Origin: an uncultured Planctomycetaceae bacterium
GTDB lineage: Bacteria; Planctomycetota; Planctomycetia; Planctomycetales; Planctomycetaceae
Length of the DNA: 64,000 bases
Direction of reading: 5' to 3'
Assembly (NCBI GenBank): GCA_963815195.1
Contig: CAWFGE010000023.1
Location: forward strand, 613,908 to 677,907
This document shows, one piece after another, positions 49,047 through 63,171 of this stretch. Positions within the stretch are counted from its first letter, which is position 1, and every line of letters begins with the position of its first letter. The position numbers and the translations under genes were made by a program. The notes under the pieces were generated by a model. That model had not been told where the DNA came from. It did not search any database and saw only the letters and a list, made by a program, of their open reading frames with translations.

Positions 49047-49946
49047 GTGAGCGGCCACCCGGTAATCGAGCGCGGCATGATCGGCTTCCCGCTGGCGCCA
49101 TTCCACGAGAATCTGGAACTCAATCTCTCCGCCCTGGAGCGTGACGTGGCCATGTTGGCGAGTCACCCGTTCCGCGCCATCAACGCGCCCGCAGGGATAT
49201 CGGAGGTCTTCTCGCTCACCGTCGAGGAGTCGGTCGATATCGTCCGGACGACGGTGAATGCCGTAGCGGGGCGGATGCCGGTGATCGGCTGCGTCTGCTC
49301 GAGCCTGCCCCAGGCCCAGGCGATGGCTCGTCAGATGGAAAAAGCCGGCGCGGATGCGCTGCTCGTCCTGCCGCCCTACTATCCCAATGCGCCGTTCGAG
49401 GGATTGCTCGATTATTACCGGGGCATCGGCTCCGCCAGCGGTTTGCCCCTGGTGATCTACAGCCGTGGCTGGGCCAATTTCTCACCGGAGGAAGTTGAGC
49501 GGCTGGCGGGAGAGGTCCCGTCGCTGCGGTACTGGAAGGACGGCCAGGGGGACATGAGAGCCTACCAGCGCATCATGTCGAGGGTGGGAAACCGGCTGAC
49601 CTGGATCGGCGGTGTTGGCGACGACGCGGCCGCCGGATATGCCGCCATCGGCATCGAGGTTCTGACCTCCAGCATCTCGCCGGTCGCGCCCCGGCTCTGC
49701 TTTGCGTGGGGAGAGGCGGCTCTCGACGGCGACTGCCCGCGCCTCAACGAAATTCTGGTCAAATACGTCCATCCACTCTTTGCCCTCCGCAGCCGCAAAC
49801 GCGGATATGAGGTGGCGGCGATGAAGAAACTCAGCGAGATGCTGGGACGGCCGGTCGGTCCGGTGCGCCCACCACTGCCCGGCTTGGGAGATCGGGAAAT
49901 CGCCGAGCTGCGCGAGATCGCCGAAAGCTGGCAGCCATTTCTGTAA
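49047..49946 (+). CDS. DHDPS-family lyase, probably 5-dehydro-4-deoxyglucarate dehydratase
   Basis: GFPLAPF, LLVLPPYY, VIYSR, KDGQGD, R.RKRGYEV; follows the glucarate dehydratase gene. Confidence 0.8.
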   Translation: MSGHPVIERGMIGFPLAPFHENLELNLSALERDVAMLASHPFRAINAPAGISEVFSLTVEESVDIVRTTVNAVAGRMPVIGCVCSSLPQAQAMARQMEKAGADALLVLPPYYPNAPFEGLLDYYRGIGSASGLPLVIYSRGWANFSPEEVERLAGEVPSLRYWKDGQGDMRAYQRIMSRVGNRLTWIGGVGDDAAAGYAAIGIEVLTSSISPVAPRLCFAWGEAALDGDCPRLNEILVKYVHPLFALRSRKRGYEVAAMKKLSEMLGRPVGPVRPPLPGLGDREIAELREIAESWQPFL

Positions 49947-50002
49947 CCTCGCCGTGAGTCAATCGCGCGCCCGAACCGTTCGCCGTCGGAAGGAGCACGG
50001 CT

Positions 50003-51814
50003 CTAAAAAATGAAGCTCAGCCCGCCCCGGACGGAGCGCGGGTTCTGGATCAGGTACAGAGTGCGGCCGTCGGAGGTGGCCACTGAAATATAACCCTGGG
50101 CCATCAGGTTGCGCAACTCGGCGCTAGCCACCAGACGTCCGGACCATATGCCAAAGGACGGAAGCGACTGGCGCAATCGAATATTCAATCCTAACTCCGG
50201 TTGGACGCCGCTGGTCAGATACAAATGGTTCGGCGTCAGGACACTGAAATCGGTCCATTGATATCCGGAGGAAAATTGGGTCCCGGTCCACGGGATTATT
50301 CCGGAAACCTTCGCCGCGACCCAATTGCGCCGCTCGCCCTTCATGGCTCCCCGCAACTCGTCCGGATTTGTCGTATCCAGCGCCAAAGAACTGTTCGACA
50401 GCACCCCGCCGTTGCCCCCCGCCAGCGTGAAGGTCAGAGTGTCGCCAACCTTCTGTGTCGCCGAGGCCCGGAAACCGATCCGCTCGAAGTCGCCCATGTT
50501 GAAGACGTAAGTGCTCGAAGAGAGGTCCGGGAGCAGATCCGCGCCGGAGTAGTATCCGCCAGTGGAAGCCATCATGAAGGCTGAATTCGTCACGCCTTCC
50601 CGGTACGCACTGACCGCGACGGAGCGGCTGCCTAAATTCTTCCGGTAGCCCATCTCGAAGTTCTGAGTGCGCTGAACCCTCGCGGCTCCGCCGAGCAGCG
50701 AAACCCTGGGGAAGAGCGCCAGCGTGGCCAGGTCGTCCTGCATGTCCAACTCCGGGCCGCGGGCGCCACTCATCAACTCCGCCGGAGGCATGCCGGAACT
50801 GAAGGCCGCTTCGATGGCGCCAAACCGCCCGAAATCATTGGTGATTCTCGCGTATGGGCTAACGTAATTCAACCGTTCGATGAATGCGACCGATTCCAGC
50901 GAGGCTCCGTATTCCAGATGCAACGAGTCCGTCAATTGCCGCCGGTCGAGCGTGCTGACCGACATCGTCCTCAGCGGCGGAGCGCCTTCCTGGTTGCCGC
51001 GGAGCATCGCCAGACCGGCTTGCCCGCCCAAGAAGACCTGCCGCATTGTCAACGCCACTTCCGGCTTCGCGCCCCACAGGTCGTTGCTGTAGCTGGTGCG
51101 GAAACCAGCCGTCGGCGTGCCGGTATTCGAGGCGTAGCCGAAGTTGCCGCTGAACTGAAGTTCGTTCGAGCCATACACCGAAGTGGCTAGCGCGAACGCC
51201 GTGCCCAAATCAGCTTGGGAGCCGAATGCCGCCAGCGAACCTCCCTCTCCGGTTGAGACCTTGACCAACCCTCTCGTGTGGCTGAAGATCTCGGATCGCG
51301 CCGAGGCCAGTTGCGGCCCCTTGGCCGGATCGCTAATGTCAACGCCCGGAAGGATGCGCAATATGGGTCGCGCGGGCGTGGCCGCGCGCAGAACCCACTT
51401 CCAGTCGTCGTTCATCACCGACGCCTCCCCGGGGGCGGCGTAAATTAGCTCAATCGAACTCAGCACGCTGGCGAGGTTGATGGAGAGAAAGCTCCTCATC
51501 CCCGGCTGGATGGCGATATTCGCCTTCATCGCGGGAACGAAACTCGCCAGGCTGACGCGCATGGAGTACACGCCCGGCAATAGGGACTCGAAACCAAAAG
51601 CGCCTTTTTCGTTGGTGAGCGACCGGCCGACCAGCCGGTCGTAATTGTTGTAGAGCAGGACCGCGGCGCCCATCTGAGGGGTCCCGCTCTGGTTGCTGAC
51701 GAAGCCGATCAGACTGCCTGAGAATTTCCCACCCGGCTCCGCGCCGACGGCATTGGAGCCGGCGAGCACGACTGCCAGCAGAATGATCATTTTGGTTGGC
51801 GTCCGTGGATGCAT
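50003..51814 (-). CDS. Carboxypeptidase-regulatory-like domain + outer-membrane beta-barrel protein
   Basis: Signal peptide; GTPQMGAAVLL…TNEKGAF.FESLLPGVY; DDWKWVLR; beta-rich body ending GGLSFIF. Confidence 0.75.
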   Translation of the reverse strand: MHPRTPTKMIILLAVVLAGSNAVGAEPGGKFSGSLIGFVSNQSGTPQMGAAVLLYNNYDRLVGRSLTNEKGAFGFESLLPGVYSMRVSLASFVPAMKANIAIQPGMRSFLSINLASVLSSIELIYAAPGEASVMNDDWKWVLRAATPARPILRILPGVDISDPAKGPQLASARSEIFSHTRGLVKVSTGEGGSLAAFGSQADLGTAFALATSVYGSNELQFSGNFGYASNTGTPTAGFRTSYSNDLWGAKPEVALTMRQVFLGGQAGLAMLRGNQEGAPPLRTMSVSTLDRRQLTDSLHLEYGASLESVAFIERLNYVSPYARITNDFGRFGAIEAAFSSGMPPAELMSGARGPELDMQDDLATLALFPRVSLLGGAARVQRTQNFEMGYRKNLGSRSVAVSAYREGVTNSAFMMASTGGYYSGADLLPDLSSSTYVFNMGDFERIGFRASATQKVGDTLTFTLAGGNGGVLSNSSLALDTTNPDELRGAMKGERRNWVAAKVSGIIPWTGTQFSSGYQWTDFSVLTPNHLYLTSGVQPELGLNIRLRQSLPSFGIWSGRLVASAELRNLMAQGYISVATSDGRTLYLIQNPRSVRGGLSFIF

Positions 51815-51864
51815 TCAGGACCGCGCCCCGTTCCCCGCGCTTCCACACGCGGGCTTGCTCGCCC

Positions 51865-53550
51865 TTATATTACCGTGAAAGTCGCTTCCGGAGTAAGAAT
51901 TTCGTTCTTCAACCGGTCGGTCACTTTCATCCGGATTGTGTATTCGCCGGGTTCCAGGTTGCCCAGCGGCAGCACCTTCTCGACCGTCGTCTGGTTGGCT
52001 GACGCCCCATCTATCGTCGCCAACTCCTCGGTGAACTCGAAAATCTTCTGGTTATCGCCAGTTCGCACGACCTCGTACTCTATGTTCCCGTCCGGCTTCC
52101 GGGTATCTTCGCTGACATCGAAGTTGTAGAGCTGGAAGATAGATCCCCATCTTTTCATCGCGCTTGAAGGTGTCGTCGATGCGCGGCCGGACCTTGGAAC
52201 TGCCGATCACGAACTGGCCCGTTCCAATGCTGCGGGTCGGCACCTTCTCGATCAGGTCCGCCAGAATCAGGCTGCTCATCCGAGCTCTTCGTCGTCGAAG
52301 TAGGGCACGCGCAACGCGACTTCGTAATTGTTCATGTTGCCGCTGACGACATCCTTGGCGACCACGTTCAGACGGTAGTTGCCCGGAGCCAGCGGGATCG
52401 ACTTCTGGTAAATCGCCGACGCCCCATCACTTCGCCGAGCAGCGGAGTCGGGACTTCGGTCGTGATCGACGTCCTCAAACACGTTCACCACCCGCCGCGA
52501 CATAGAGGTGATGCGCGCGTAAACGTTGATCGTCGCCGTCGAGACCCCTTCTTCATCCTTGAATTCCAGGTCCTTGCGGTCGAACTGCAACGTCACGTTC
52601 GTCATGACGGTCGAGGTCGGTCATGCGCATATAGTCGGCTCGCGCCTTCATCGGCAGGAGGTTGTAACTTGACGGTCGACGTTACCGCCGCTTCCAGGTC
52701 CTTGAACTTCACCGGCGGCGGCTTCTGCACTTCCGCGAAGATACGCAACCGCTCGAACTGGTTCATGCGGCTGGAGAGCGGCTGATCGCCCGTTCCCAAG
52801 TCGAGTGCCGTCGGTGCGGTTGAAGCGGTCCGCCTTGTCTGGCGAGGCCCATCTGCTCCCACATGGTCAATCCGGCGCCGGGCACATACATCAGGGCGTC
52901 CTTTTCCGAGGGGTCCATCGTCATTCGGTACTCGCCCGTCATCGTCGGGTCGACGAACTCCAGCATGATGTCGGTACCCGACGCCTTCGATCTAGCGGTA
53001 CCGCCAGATCTCAAAAGGATAGGTGGAGGTAGTGCCGCCGCCTTCTTCATACGGCCGCATGTAGCTTCCGCCCGAGGGGTGAGAGTCGACTTCGTCCGGG
53101 CGGGCCGAACGCGATATAGATCCGCCCCCGGTCGGTCTTCCAGCCCGGTTTTCCAGAGGCAAACCGCTCATTGGCGTAAGCGATCCGGCGGTAGTGTTCT
53201 TCCTTGAATTCGTTCTCGACGCTGTCCGGCGTCGGATCGCGGCGCAGCCAGAACTGCTCGATGAACTGCTCCATTTCCTCGCCTGTCTGCAAGCGTTTGA
53301 AGGCGGTCCGCTCTTCGTCGGAAATGATGTAGGTAACGTCCTCATCAAGCCATTTCCGGAATGGCCGCTCCAATTCTTTACGGAGCTGCTTATCTCTTTT
53401 CTTGCGCTGCTTCTCGGTTAGGGGTTTGGCGACAGTCTCACGCTGCCCCGGGGCCTCGGCTTGGTCCTGCGCCGCCGTGGGGCCAACGAAGGCCAGTAGC
53501 ATGAGTGCAAGGACGGGGCACAACGCAAATAGTAGCTTTCTCATACGCAT
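51865..53550 (-). CDS. GWxTD domain-containing protein (multiple indels)
   Basis: [46 protein letters not shown]; remaining pieces in six collinear ORF fragments. Confidence 0.9.
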
Positions 53551-53921
53551 ATCCAGCTTCGGCGCTTAGCTAACTCGATTGTATGGTTTTGAGGGGGAGC
53601 GTCAACCCGGCGGGGTGGCTCCTCCCGTGCCTTTCGCCATAGAGCATGACTTCCGGTTGGACGTCCGGCGAAGCCGCCCGGTTTCCGACCAGATGGAGCT
53701 TGAGACTTTTCCGGTCCCCGAAGTTCGATAGGTTTCTACATTTCCTGAAAGCGCCGAATTCCCGAAAAAGGAATCCGGATTCCGGAAAGCGTCGTCTATG
53801 TGCTTGAAACCATAGTATAGTTGTTTATTCAGTTCCTGCATTCGCGGATTGGAAGTCGGATTGCTCAGTGAAGGCCGGGTAGGTGTCTCGGTCCGCTGAG
53901 CGCCCACAACGAGCTTTTCCG

Positions 53922-56859
53922 GTGAGAGAACTTAAGGCACAATTGATCGGCGCTCTGCTCGTGATCCTTACGGCCGCCGCCGTCATTTCGGCCGGAATTA
54001 ATTTTCAACAGCAGAGCAAGTTCCGCATGGCGGACGACGGCGCGATCTGGGTCGACCGTACCTCCGATAACGGGGGACGCCACGTCGAGGCTCTCGACAC
54101 GGCCCCCAATAGCGCCGCGGCCAAGGCCGGTCTCCGCGCCGGTGACATCCTGTTAAAGATCCAGGGCGCGCCGGTTCCTGATGCGATCGCCGTTCCCCAG
54201 GCGCTGGCGAGAATCGGAGCCTGGAACAAAGCCGAGTATACGTTTTTCCGCGACGGAGTCGAAGCGGAGGCCACAGTTTATGTCGGGGAGAGCGTGCCGG
54301 GCGGCGCCATCTACTACCAGTACGTCGTCGGGCTGGCCTATCTCGCCATCGGGATTTTCGTCTACTTCCGGCGCGGCGGCGCCCACAAGGCGCGCCACTT
54401 CTATTTGCTCTGCCTGGTTTCGTTCGTGCTGTGCACTTCGTTCCATTACACCGGCAAACTCAACAAGTTCGACAAAGTGATCTATTGGGGCAACGTCGCC
54501 GCGGGACTGTTCGCGCCCGACGTTGTTTCTCCATTTCTGTCTGACTTTCCCCGAGCCGCGGAGGTGGATTCGAGGGTACTTTCGGACTTCGCTTCTTTAT
54601 CTGCCGGCGACGGTCATTCTCGCGGTCTATGTGGCGACTTGCTTCCGGGGTCCTGCAGGTCGGGGCGATGTCGCTGGTGGAATTGCGCTGGTTCATGGAC
54701 CGGCTTTGGCTCACGTTTTTGGCGGGCGTCTATCTGCTGGGCGCCGCGGCCGTGACGCGCGGCCTACCGGCAGGCGCGGGACCCAATCATACGCCAGCAG
54801 CTAAAATGGCTGCGCAACGGTGCGGTCTTCGGCATCCTTCCGTTCACGCTGTTCTATGTCGTGCCATACCTGCTCGGAGTTGTCCCCGGTCCGTACATGG
54901 ATTTGGCCATTTTCTCTCTGCCCCTGGTCCCGCTCACCTGGGCCTACGCCGTGCTCCGCTACCGGCTGATGGACGTCGATGTCATTTTTCAGCAGGGTTA
55001 CGCCTACACGTTGGCGACGCTGGCCGTCTTGGGCGTGTCCTATGGGCTGGTCCTGTCGCTTGGGCGAGTTCGAGGATCTTAGCTCCACGGCCGTGGTTAT
55101 CCTGATCGTGATTGCGACGTTCGTGTTTCAGCCCATCCGCAACTGGATTCAGGAGCAGTTGGACCGTTACTATTTCTACAAAGATCGGTACGATTACCGC
55201 CGGACGCTGATTGAGTTTGCCCGCGAGTTGGGCTCGGAGACGGACCTGGACACCATGCTGCAATCGGTGGCGGACCGCATGGTTCATACACTGTCGATCC
55301 AGCAGGTGGCCTTCTTCCTCGCCGGCGAAGACGAGACCGGCTATCGATTTCACAAGGGTGTCGGGTTCTCCAGCTCGCTGCCCGAAGAGCTGGACCTGAG
55401 CTTCCTGAGCTCCCGGCCGGAGCGGCCCTACCTGTTTTTCGAGCGGACGCGACATCTGCTGGATGTGGTCTCCCACCATTGGTCCCCGGCGGCGCGCAAG
55501 TCGATCGCCGACGCTGGATTTGACCTACTACGTGCCCTGTTCGGTCCGGGGGCGCACGATCGCCTACCTCGGCGTCAGCCGCACCGCGAAAGGTGAGTTT
55601 CTGACCAGTGACGACATCGAATTGCTTGTCACGCTCTCCGGCTACGTCGGCATCGCCATTGAGAACGCCCGCCTCTACCATTCGCTCCAAAGCAAGGTGG
55701 AGCAGTACGAGCAGGCTCAAGGATTTCAGCGAGAACATCGTCGAGTCGATCAACGTCGGAATCATGGCGGTCGACCTGGAAGACCGGGTGGGGAGCTGGA
55801 ACACACAGATTGAGTTGCTGACCGGCATCCCGAGGGAGTGGCCGTGGGCCGCCGATTGAGCGAACTGTTCCCGCCGGAGCTGGCCGCTGAGTTCGACACA
55901 GACCCGCGGGGAGAGCGGCATCCACCACATTTACAAGTGCAAGCTCAACGCCGTGACATTCCGTCGCATTGCGAACCAGCAGCCTCATCCCGACGAACGC
56001 GCAACGGCGGCAACGGAAATGGCAGCCGGCCGGCACTCCCGGGCAATCGAAGAGGCGACGTCAACATCGCGATTGCGCCGCTGGTATCGAAGAGATCGCG
56101 AGCAGATCGGGCGGCTGATCATCTTCGACGACATCACGGACCGCTCCGAGTTGGAGCGCAAGCTGATACAGGCCGACAAGCTGAGCTCCATCGGACTGCT
56201 CGCCGCCGGAGTCGCGCACGAAGTGAATACGCCGCTCGCCGTCATCTCCACTTACGCCCAGATGCTGGCCCGCCAGGTCTCGAGCGACGAGCAGAAGGCC
56301 AGGATGCTTGAGAAGATCGCCGACCAGACGTTCCGTGCCAGTGAGATCGTCAACTCCCTGCTCAACTTCTCCCGCACCTCAAAGACGGAGTTCGACAAGA
56401 TGGACCTGAACAAAATCATCCGGGAGACGATCAGCTCGTTGGAACACCAACTCGCAAAGAACGGTGCATTCCGTCGAACCTGTCGCTTGAGGAATGGCTG
56501 CCGCTCAGTCAGGGCAACGCCGGCAAGCTGCAGCAGGTGTTCCTCAACCTCTTTTTGAACGCGCGCGACGCGATGGAGACCGGAGGCGTGTTGCGGGTGC
56601 GCACGCTGCCGCCAACGGCTCGGCGCTGGTCGACGTGGCCGATAACGGCAAGGGCATTCCGCCGGAGGCCCTCGCCCGTATCTACGATCCGTTCTTCACC
56701 ACCAAGGCGGCCAAGAAAGGCACCGGGCTCGGGCCTGTCGGTCACGTACGGGATTGTGCAGAGAGCATGGTGGCACGATAGAGGTGGAGAGCCTGCCGGG
56801 CGCCGGGACTTGTTTCCACCTGGATTTCCCCTTGGTGCAGCAAGCCGGTGACTGCCTGA
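53922..56859 (+). CDS. PDZ-membrane-GAF-PAS sensor histidine kinase (NtrB-like), many indels
   Basis: PDZ ([14 protein letters not shown]), multiple TMs ([12 protein letters not shown]), GAF (IAIENARLY), PAS, H-box [41 protein letters not shown]. Confidence 0.85.
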
Positions 56860-58339
56860 ACCGGCGCGGCGGAGGCACCCATTCCCACAGTCAGGCGAGC
56901 ACAGCATTCTGGTAATCGACGACGAGGCCGACATCCGCGAGAGCCTCGAATTCTGCTCGACCTCGGAGGGCTATCGCGTCGGATACCGCCGAGAACGGTC
57001 GGCGAAGGACTGCGCGCGGCTGGACAACGCTGCAGCTACGACCTCGTCCTGCTCGACCTGATGATGCCGGACCGTTCCGGCATGGAGGTGCTGCCCGAGG
57101 TCCGCGAGCGAGACCGGCGAGACGCCGATCTTCATGATCACCGCCTACGGTTCGGTCGAGAACGCCGTACAGGCGTTGAAGGCCGGCGCCGAACGACTAC
57201 TTCACCAAACCCTGGGACAACGACAAGCTCCTGCATCGAGATCGCCCGGATGATCGACACGCGGCCGGCTGGAGCAGCGAGAACATCCAACTCAAGCGCG
57301 CGCTGCAAGGCAGCGCTACAGCTTCCCCAACATCGTCGGCAAGAGCGAGCGCATGCAGAGCGATTCTGGACCTGGTGGCGCAGGTGGCGCCGAGCCGGTC
57401 GACGATCATGATCACCGGCGAGACGGGCACCGGCAAGGAGCTGATCGCCAAGGCGATCCATGCCGCCAGCCCCCGCGCCGACCAGATGTTCGTTGCCGTC
57501 AACAGCGGCGTCGCTGCCGCCGGATCTGCTCGAGTCCACTCTGTTCGGCCACATCAAGGGCGCCTTCACCGGGCGACGTGCGCTCGCGCAAAAGGGCTAC
57601 TTCGAGACCGCCAACAACGGCACCATCTTCTTCGACGAAGTGGGCAACATCAGTCTCGATATCCAGGCGAAACTGCTGCGCGTGATTCAGGAACGGGAGT
57701 TCATGCCGCTGGGCAGTCTCGGAGACGGTGCGCGTGGACGTTCGCATCCTGGCCGCCACCAACTCGGACCTGAGGCGGCTGGTCGAGGAGGGAAGTTCCG
57801 CGAGGATCTCTACTATCGCCTGAATGTCATCAACCTGGTGCTGCCGCCTTTACGCGAGCGCAAGGAGGACATCCCGCTGCTGGTGGAGCACTTCTTCACC
57901 AAGTACTGCCGGGAGAACGACAAGTTCCTCGGTCCGGACGGCCGGCGCCAGCTTCGAGTTCGAGAGACGAGCCATGCAAGTGCTGATGGATCACAACTGG
58001 CCGGGCAATGTTCGGGAGCTGGAAAACGCCATCGAGCGCGCCGTGGTGCTGGCCACCGAGGAGACGGTGCCCGTCGAGCGTCCTGCCGGATCACGTTCTC
58101 CATGCGAGCGGCATCCGCATCCGCCGCGACGCGGGCGGATCGCTGCCGCCGCCGACGCTTCCCTGTTCGAGGTGGTCGCCGACTTCGAGCGGCGCAAGAT
58201 CATGGACAGCCTGGAAGCCTGCAACTACAGCCAGACTGAAGCGGCCGAAGCCTTGCGCATCCCGCTCTCGACGCTGAACCAGAAAATCAAGCGCCTCGAA
58301 ATCCCGATCAAGAAGAAGGCGGCTGGCGAGAAGCGCTAA
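56852..58339 (+). CDS. Sigma-54-dependent response regulator (NtrC family), many indels
   Basis: [64 protein letters not shown]-terminal Fis-type HTH. Confidence 0.9.
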
Positions 58340-60444
58340 TTTGGCGGCGAAGGCCGGTCCGATCCGCCATGCTTCAGCCACCGGTCGATCCAACCGAGAA
58401 ACGTGTCGTACCATAGAACGCTATTTTGTGGCTTTCCGATCCAGTGCCCCTCCTCGGGGAAGAGCAGCAGCTTCGCCGGGACCTCCTGCAATTTCAGCGC
58501 GGTGAAAAGCTGCAATCCCTGGCCATAGGGGACCCGGAAATCCTGTTCGCCATGGATGACAAGCGTGGGCGTGAAGAAATCCGAGATGTACGTGCTCGGA
58601 GACCAGCGCTCATAGATCTCCGGGTTTTGCCACGGCATGCCCTGCTGATCCCAGATGGGAAACCATAGCTCTTCGGTCTCCATCGCCCAACTCCGCATGT
58701 CAAACAACCCGGCGTGGGAGACGAAAGCCCGGAAGCGTTGGGTGTGTCCGAGCATCCAATTGACCATGTAGCCGCCATAGGATCCTCCCGCCGCTGCCAT
58801 GTTTCCCGCGTCGGCATAGGGCAGGTTGGCCACGTGCTCGACGACAGTCATGATGTCCTCGTAGACCTTGCCGCCGTAATCCAGATTAATGTCATCAGTG
58901 AACTTCTGTCCGTAACCTATTGACCCCCTTGGATTTGGCATCACAACTATGTAGCCCGCTCCAGCGAAAACCTGGGCGTTCCAGCGGTAGCTCCACGATT
59001 CGCCCCAAGCTCCCTGCGGTCCGCCATGGATCAGGAAGATCACCGGATAGCGTTTGCCGGGATCGAAATCCGGAGGCTTCAGCAGAAAGCTCTGCACAGG
59101 CGTCTGGCCGGGCCCATCCACCCGGAAGTCCTCGAACGGAGTGAGCTGACAACGCTCCAGAACCGAATAATTCAGGTTGGTCAACGCCACCGGAGCGCCG
59201 CCAGACGCGGAGCCAGAAAAGATCTCGACGGGCCGCGAGCCGCTCTGTTGCGTGTAGATCATCGTGCGGCCGCCGGGGGTGAATTGCATGTCGCCGAAGG
59301 TGCTGGAGCCGGGTACGACGACCCGCACGCTGCCCCCGCTCACTGACATCATCTGGATCGCCGAGCGGCCCCGGTCTTCCGTGGTGAAGAAGATGCGTTG
59401 GGAATCCGGGAACCAGGTAAGTTCATTGACCGGGCGGTCGAGGCCATCGGTGAGATACGAGGTTGTTTCAGGATCCCACCGCCACTTGGCGGCCTCCGCG
59501 CCCTCAGCGGCGTCCTCTCGCGGAACCCGCCGCATCACCGCCAGCCGCCACCGGTCGCTCTCGTAACCGCCGCGCATTTGCGAGAGAAAACCGAGCATGC
59601 TGCCATCTGGCGAGTACTGCGGTCCGTTGTCGGCGCCGGGCGTGTTCGTGACCCGCACCGGCTCCCCGCCCGCGGCGTCTATCACGTAGAGCTCCGAGTT
59701 CGTGCTGACGGCCGGGTTCTGGTCCGGCTTCATGACAAAGCAAATCTCCTTCCCGTCCGGGGAGATCGCATAGTCCTCCGGCCCGCTGAGCTTGAACGGC
59801 GGCGCGTCCAGTGGCCCGGGTGTGAGATCACGCGCCGCCCCGCCGGAGACCGGCACTGTTAGCAGGTGTGTTACCCGCGCGGTTCGCCAATGGTCCCAAT
59901 GCCGGTACAGCAGGGAATCGTAGATGCGCGCCTTGAGCTTGCTCTCTTTCGCTGCCTCCAGTCGCCGGGCGTTGCAGGCCTCGCCATCGCAATCGGGGAA
60001 GACCTCGGAGGTGAACAGAAGATAGTCGCCGGCGGGAGACCAGAGTACTCCGTCCGCCTCCGTTGCGATGTCGGTGACCTGCCGGGGGCTTGCACCGTCT
60101 TTGTCCATCACCCACAACTGGCTGGAGCCGCCGCGGTCTGAAACAAAGGCCATCTGCCGCGAATCCGGAGACCAACGCGGACGGGAGTTGTTCGAACCGG
60201 CCCAGGTAATCCGCTGCGGGCTGCCGCCGCTCACGGGCACTGTATAGATCTGCCGCGGCTTGGTATTCGCGCTCAGATCGACCGTCTGCACAACGAACGC
60301 CACCGCCGTCCCATCCGGCGACAACTGCGGATCGCTGATCCGCTGCAACTCCATCAGCGCATGAACATCAAAAGGTCTGTTTTGCGCCCACAGAGAGGTT
60401 ACGAACGAGAAATAAAGACACAGCAGCCCAAACCAACGCAACAT
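58336..60444 (-). CDS. S9 family (prolyl oligopeptidase/acylaminoacyl peptidase-like) serine peptidase
   Basis: Signal MLRWFGLL; TolB-like propeller (SPDG repeats); [26 protein letters not shown]. Confidence 0.95.
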   Translation of the reverse strand: MLRWFGLLCLYFSFVTSLWAQNRPFDVHALMELQRISDPQLSPDGTAVAFVVQTVDLSANTKPRQIYTVPVSGGSPQRITWAGSNNSRPRWSPDSRQMAFVSDRGGSSQLWVMDKDGASPRQVTDIATEADGVLWSPAGDYLLFTSEVFPDCDGEACNARRLEAAKESKLKARIYDSLLYRHWDHWRTARVTHLLTVPVSGGAARDLTPGPLDAPPFKLSGPEDYAISPDGKEICFVMKPDQNPAVSTNSELYVIDAAGGEPVRVTNTPGADNGPQYSPDGSMLGFLSQMRGGYESDRWRLAVMRRVPREDAAEGAEAAKWRWDPETTSYLTDGLDRPVNELTWFPDSQRIFFTTEDRGRSAIQMMSVSGGSVRVVVPGSSTFGDMQFTPGGRTMIYTQQSGSRPVEIFSGSASGGAPVALTNLNYSVLERCQLTPFEDFRVDGPGQTPVQSFLLKPPDFDPGKRYPVIFLIHGGPQGAWGESWSYRWNAQVFAGAGYIVVMPNPRGSIGYGQKFTDDINLDYGGKVYEDIMTVVEHVANLPYADAGNMAAAGGSYGGYMVNWMLGHTQRFRAFVSHAGLFDMRSWAMETEELWFPIWDQQGMPWQNPEIYERWSPSTYISDFFTPTLVIHGEQDFRVPYGQGLQLFTALKLQEVPAKLLLFPEEGHWIGKPQNSVLWYDTFLGWIDRWLKHGGSDRPSPPN

Positions 60445-60477
60445 ATTCTCAATTCTATCGCTTGTAGGGTCAAGGAC

Positions 60478-60500
60478 GAGCCGCGCCCGTGAGGGAGCTG
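60478..60500 (+). repeat. REP-like short repeat (copy 2, degenerate)
   Basis: GAGCCGCGCCCGTGAGGGAGCTG, intergenic; 19/23 identical to the reverse complement of 10297-10319. Confidence 0.5.
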
Positions 60501-60726
60501 TGGCGCATGCTTCAAGACTCCCGGACATCCTGATCCACCCACAACCACCGCGTGCTTCCGTGCCGGAACCAGCATTTACGATCCGCTCCATCACGACCCA
60601 GCCGGTTCAAGCCCTTTTGATTGCCGTGCAGGTGCGGCCCTCATGCGATTCTTGATATCCGGGCGATTCAAAATCCGGTCTACAATGTCCGAGTAGATTT
60701 TGGTGGTGATTCACCGGATCTCTCAC

Positions 60727-60765
60727 AAAAAAAACCGCCGGAGGTTCTGCCAACTCTCCGGCGGT
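60727..60765 (-). terminator. Rho-independent terminator of the radical SAM gene
   Basis: Minus strand ACCGCCGGAG-agttggcagaac-CTCCGGCGG-T8, ~45 nt after the stop codon. Confidence 0.9.
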
Positions 60766-60810
60766 ACTGGCAATTTGCTTTGAGGAATTCTTGGTTTGTG
60801 CCCTTTGGAG

Positions 60811-62969
<2,159 letters not shown>

Positions 62970-63171
62970 GATGTTTTTCCAGTCGTTGGGAAGGGTTGAG
63001 GGTCCCTCTGAGTTGAACTGCTGCCAGTCTCTATTACTATATGCATCGAGATTACGTCAGCGGCTACAGGGGATATGAATTAAACTGCTTGTTTTCTTAG
63101 CCGTATGGCAATATCCGCCGCTGAACGGGAACTGGTGAACGCCATAAACTACTATAAAGACAGGAGATTAG

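Noticed and set aside
53551..53921. Possible ncRNA, riboswitch or 101-aa ORF in the long divergent intergenic region
   Set aside because: No recognisable RNA-family motif or credible protein; best explained as divergent promoters. An Rfam/Infernal scan would settle it.
60445..60726. Possible small RNA or N-terminal extension of the S9 peptidase
   Set aside because: The signal peptide starts at 60444; apart from the REP-like copy I could not support any structure here.
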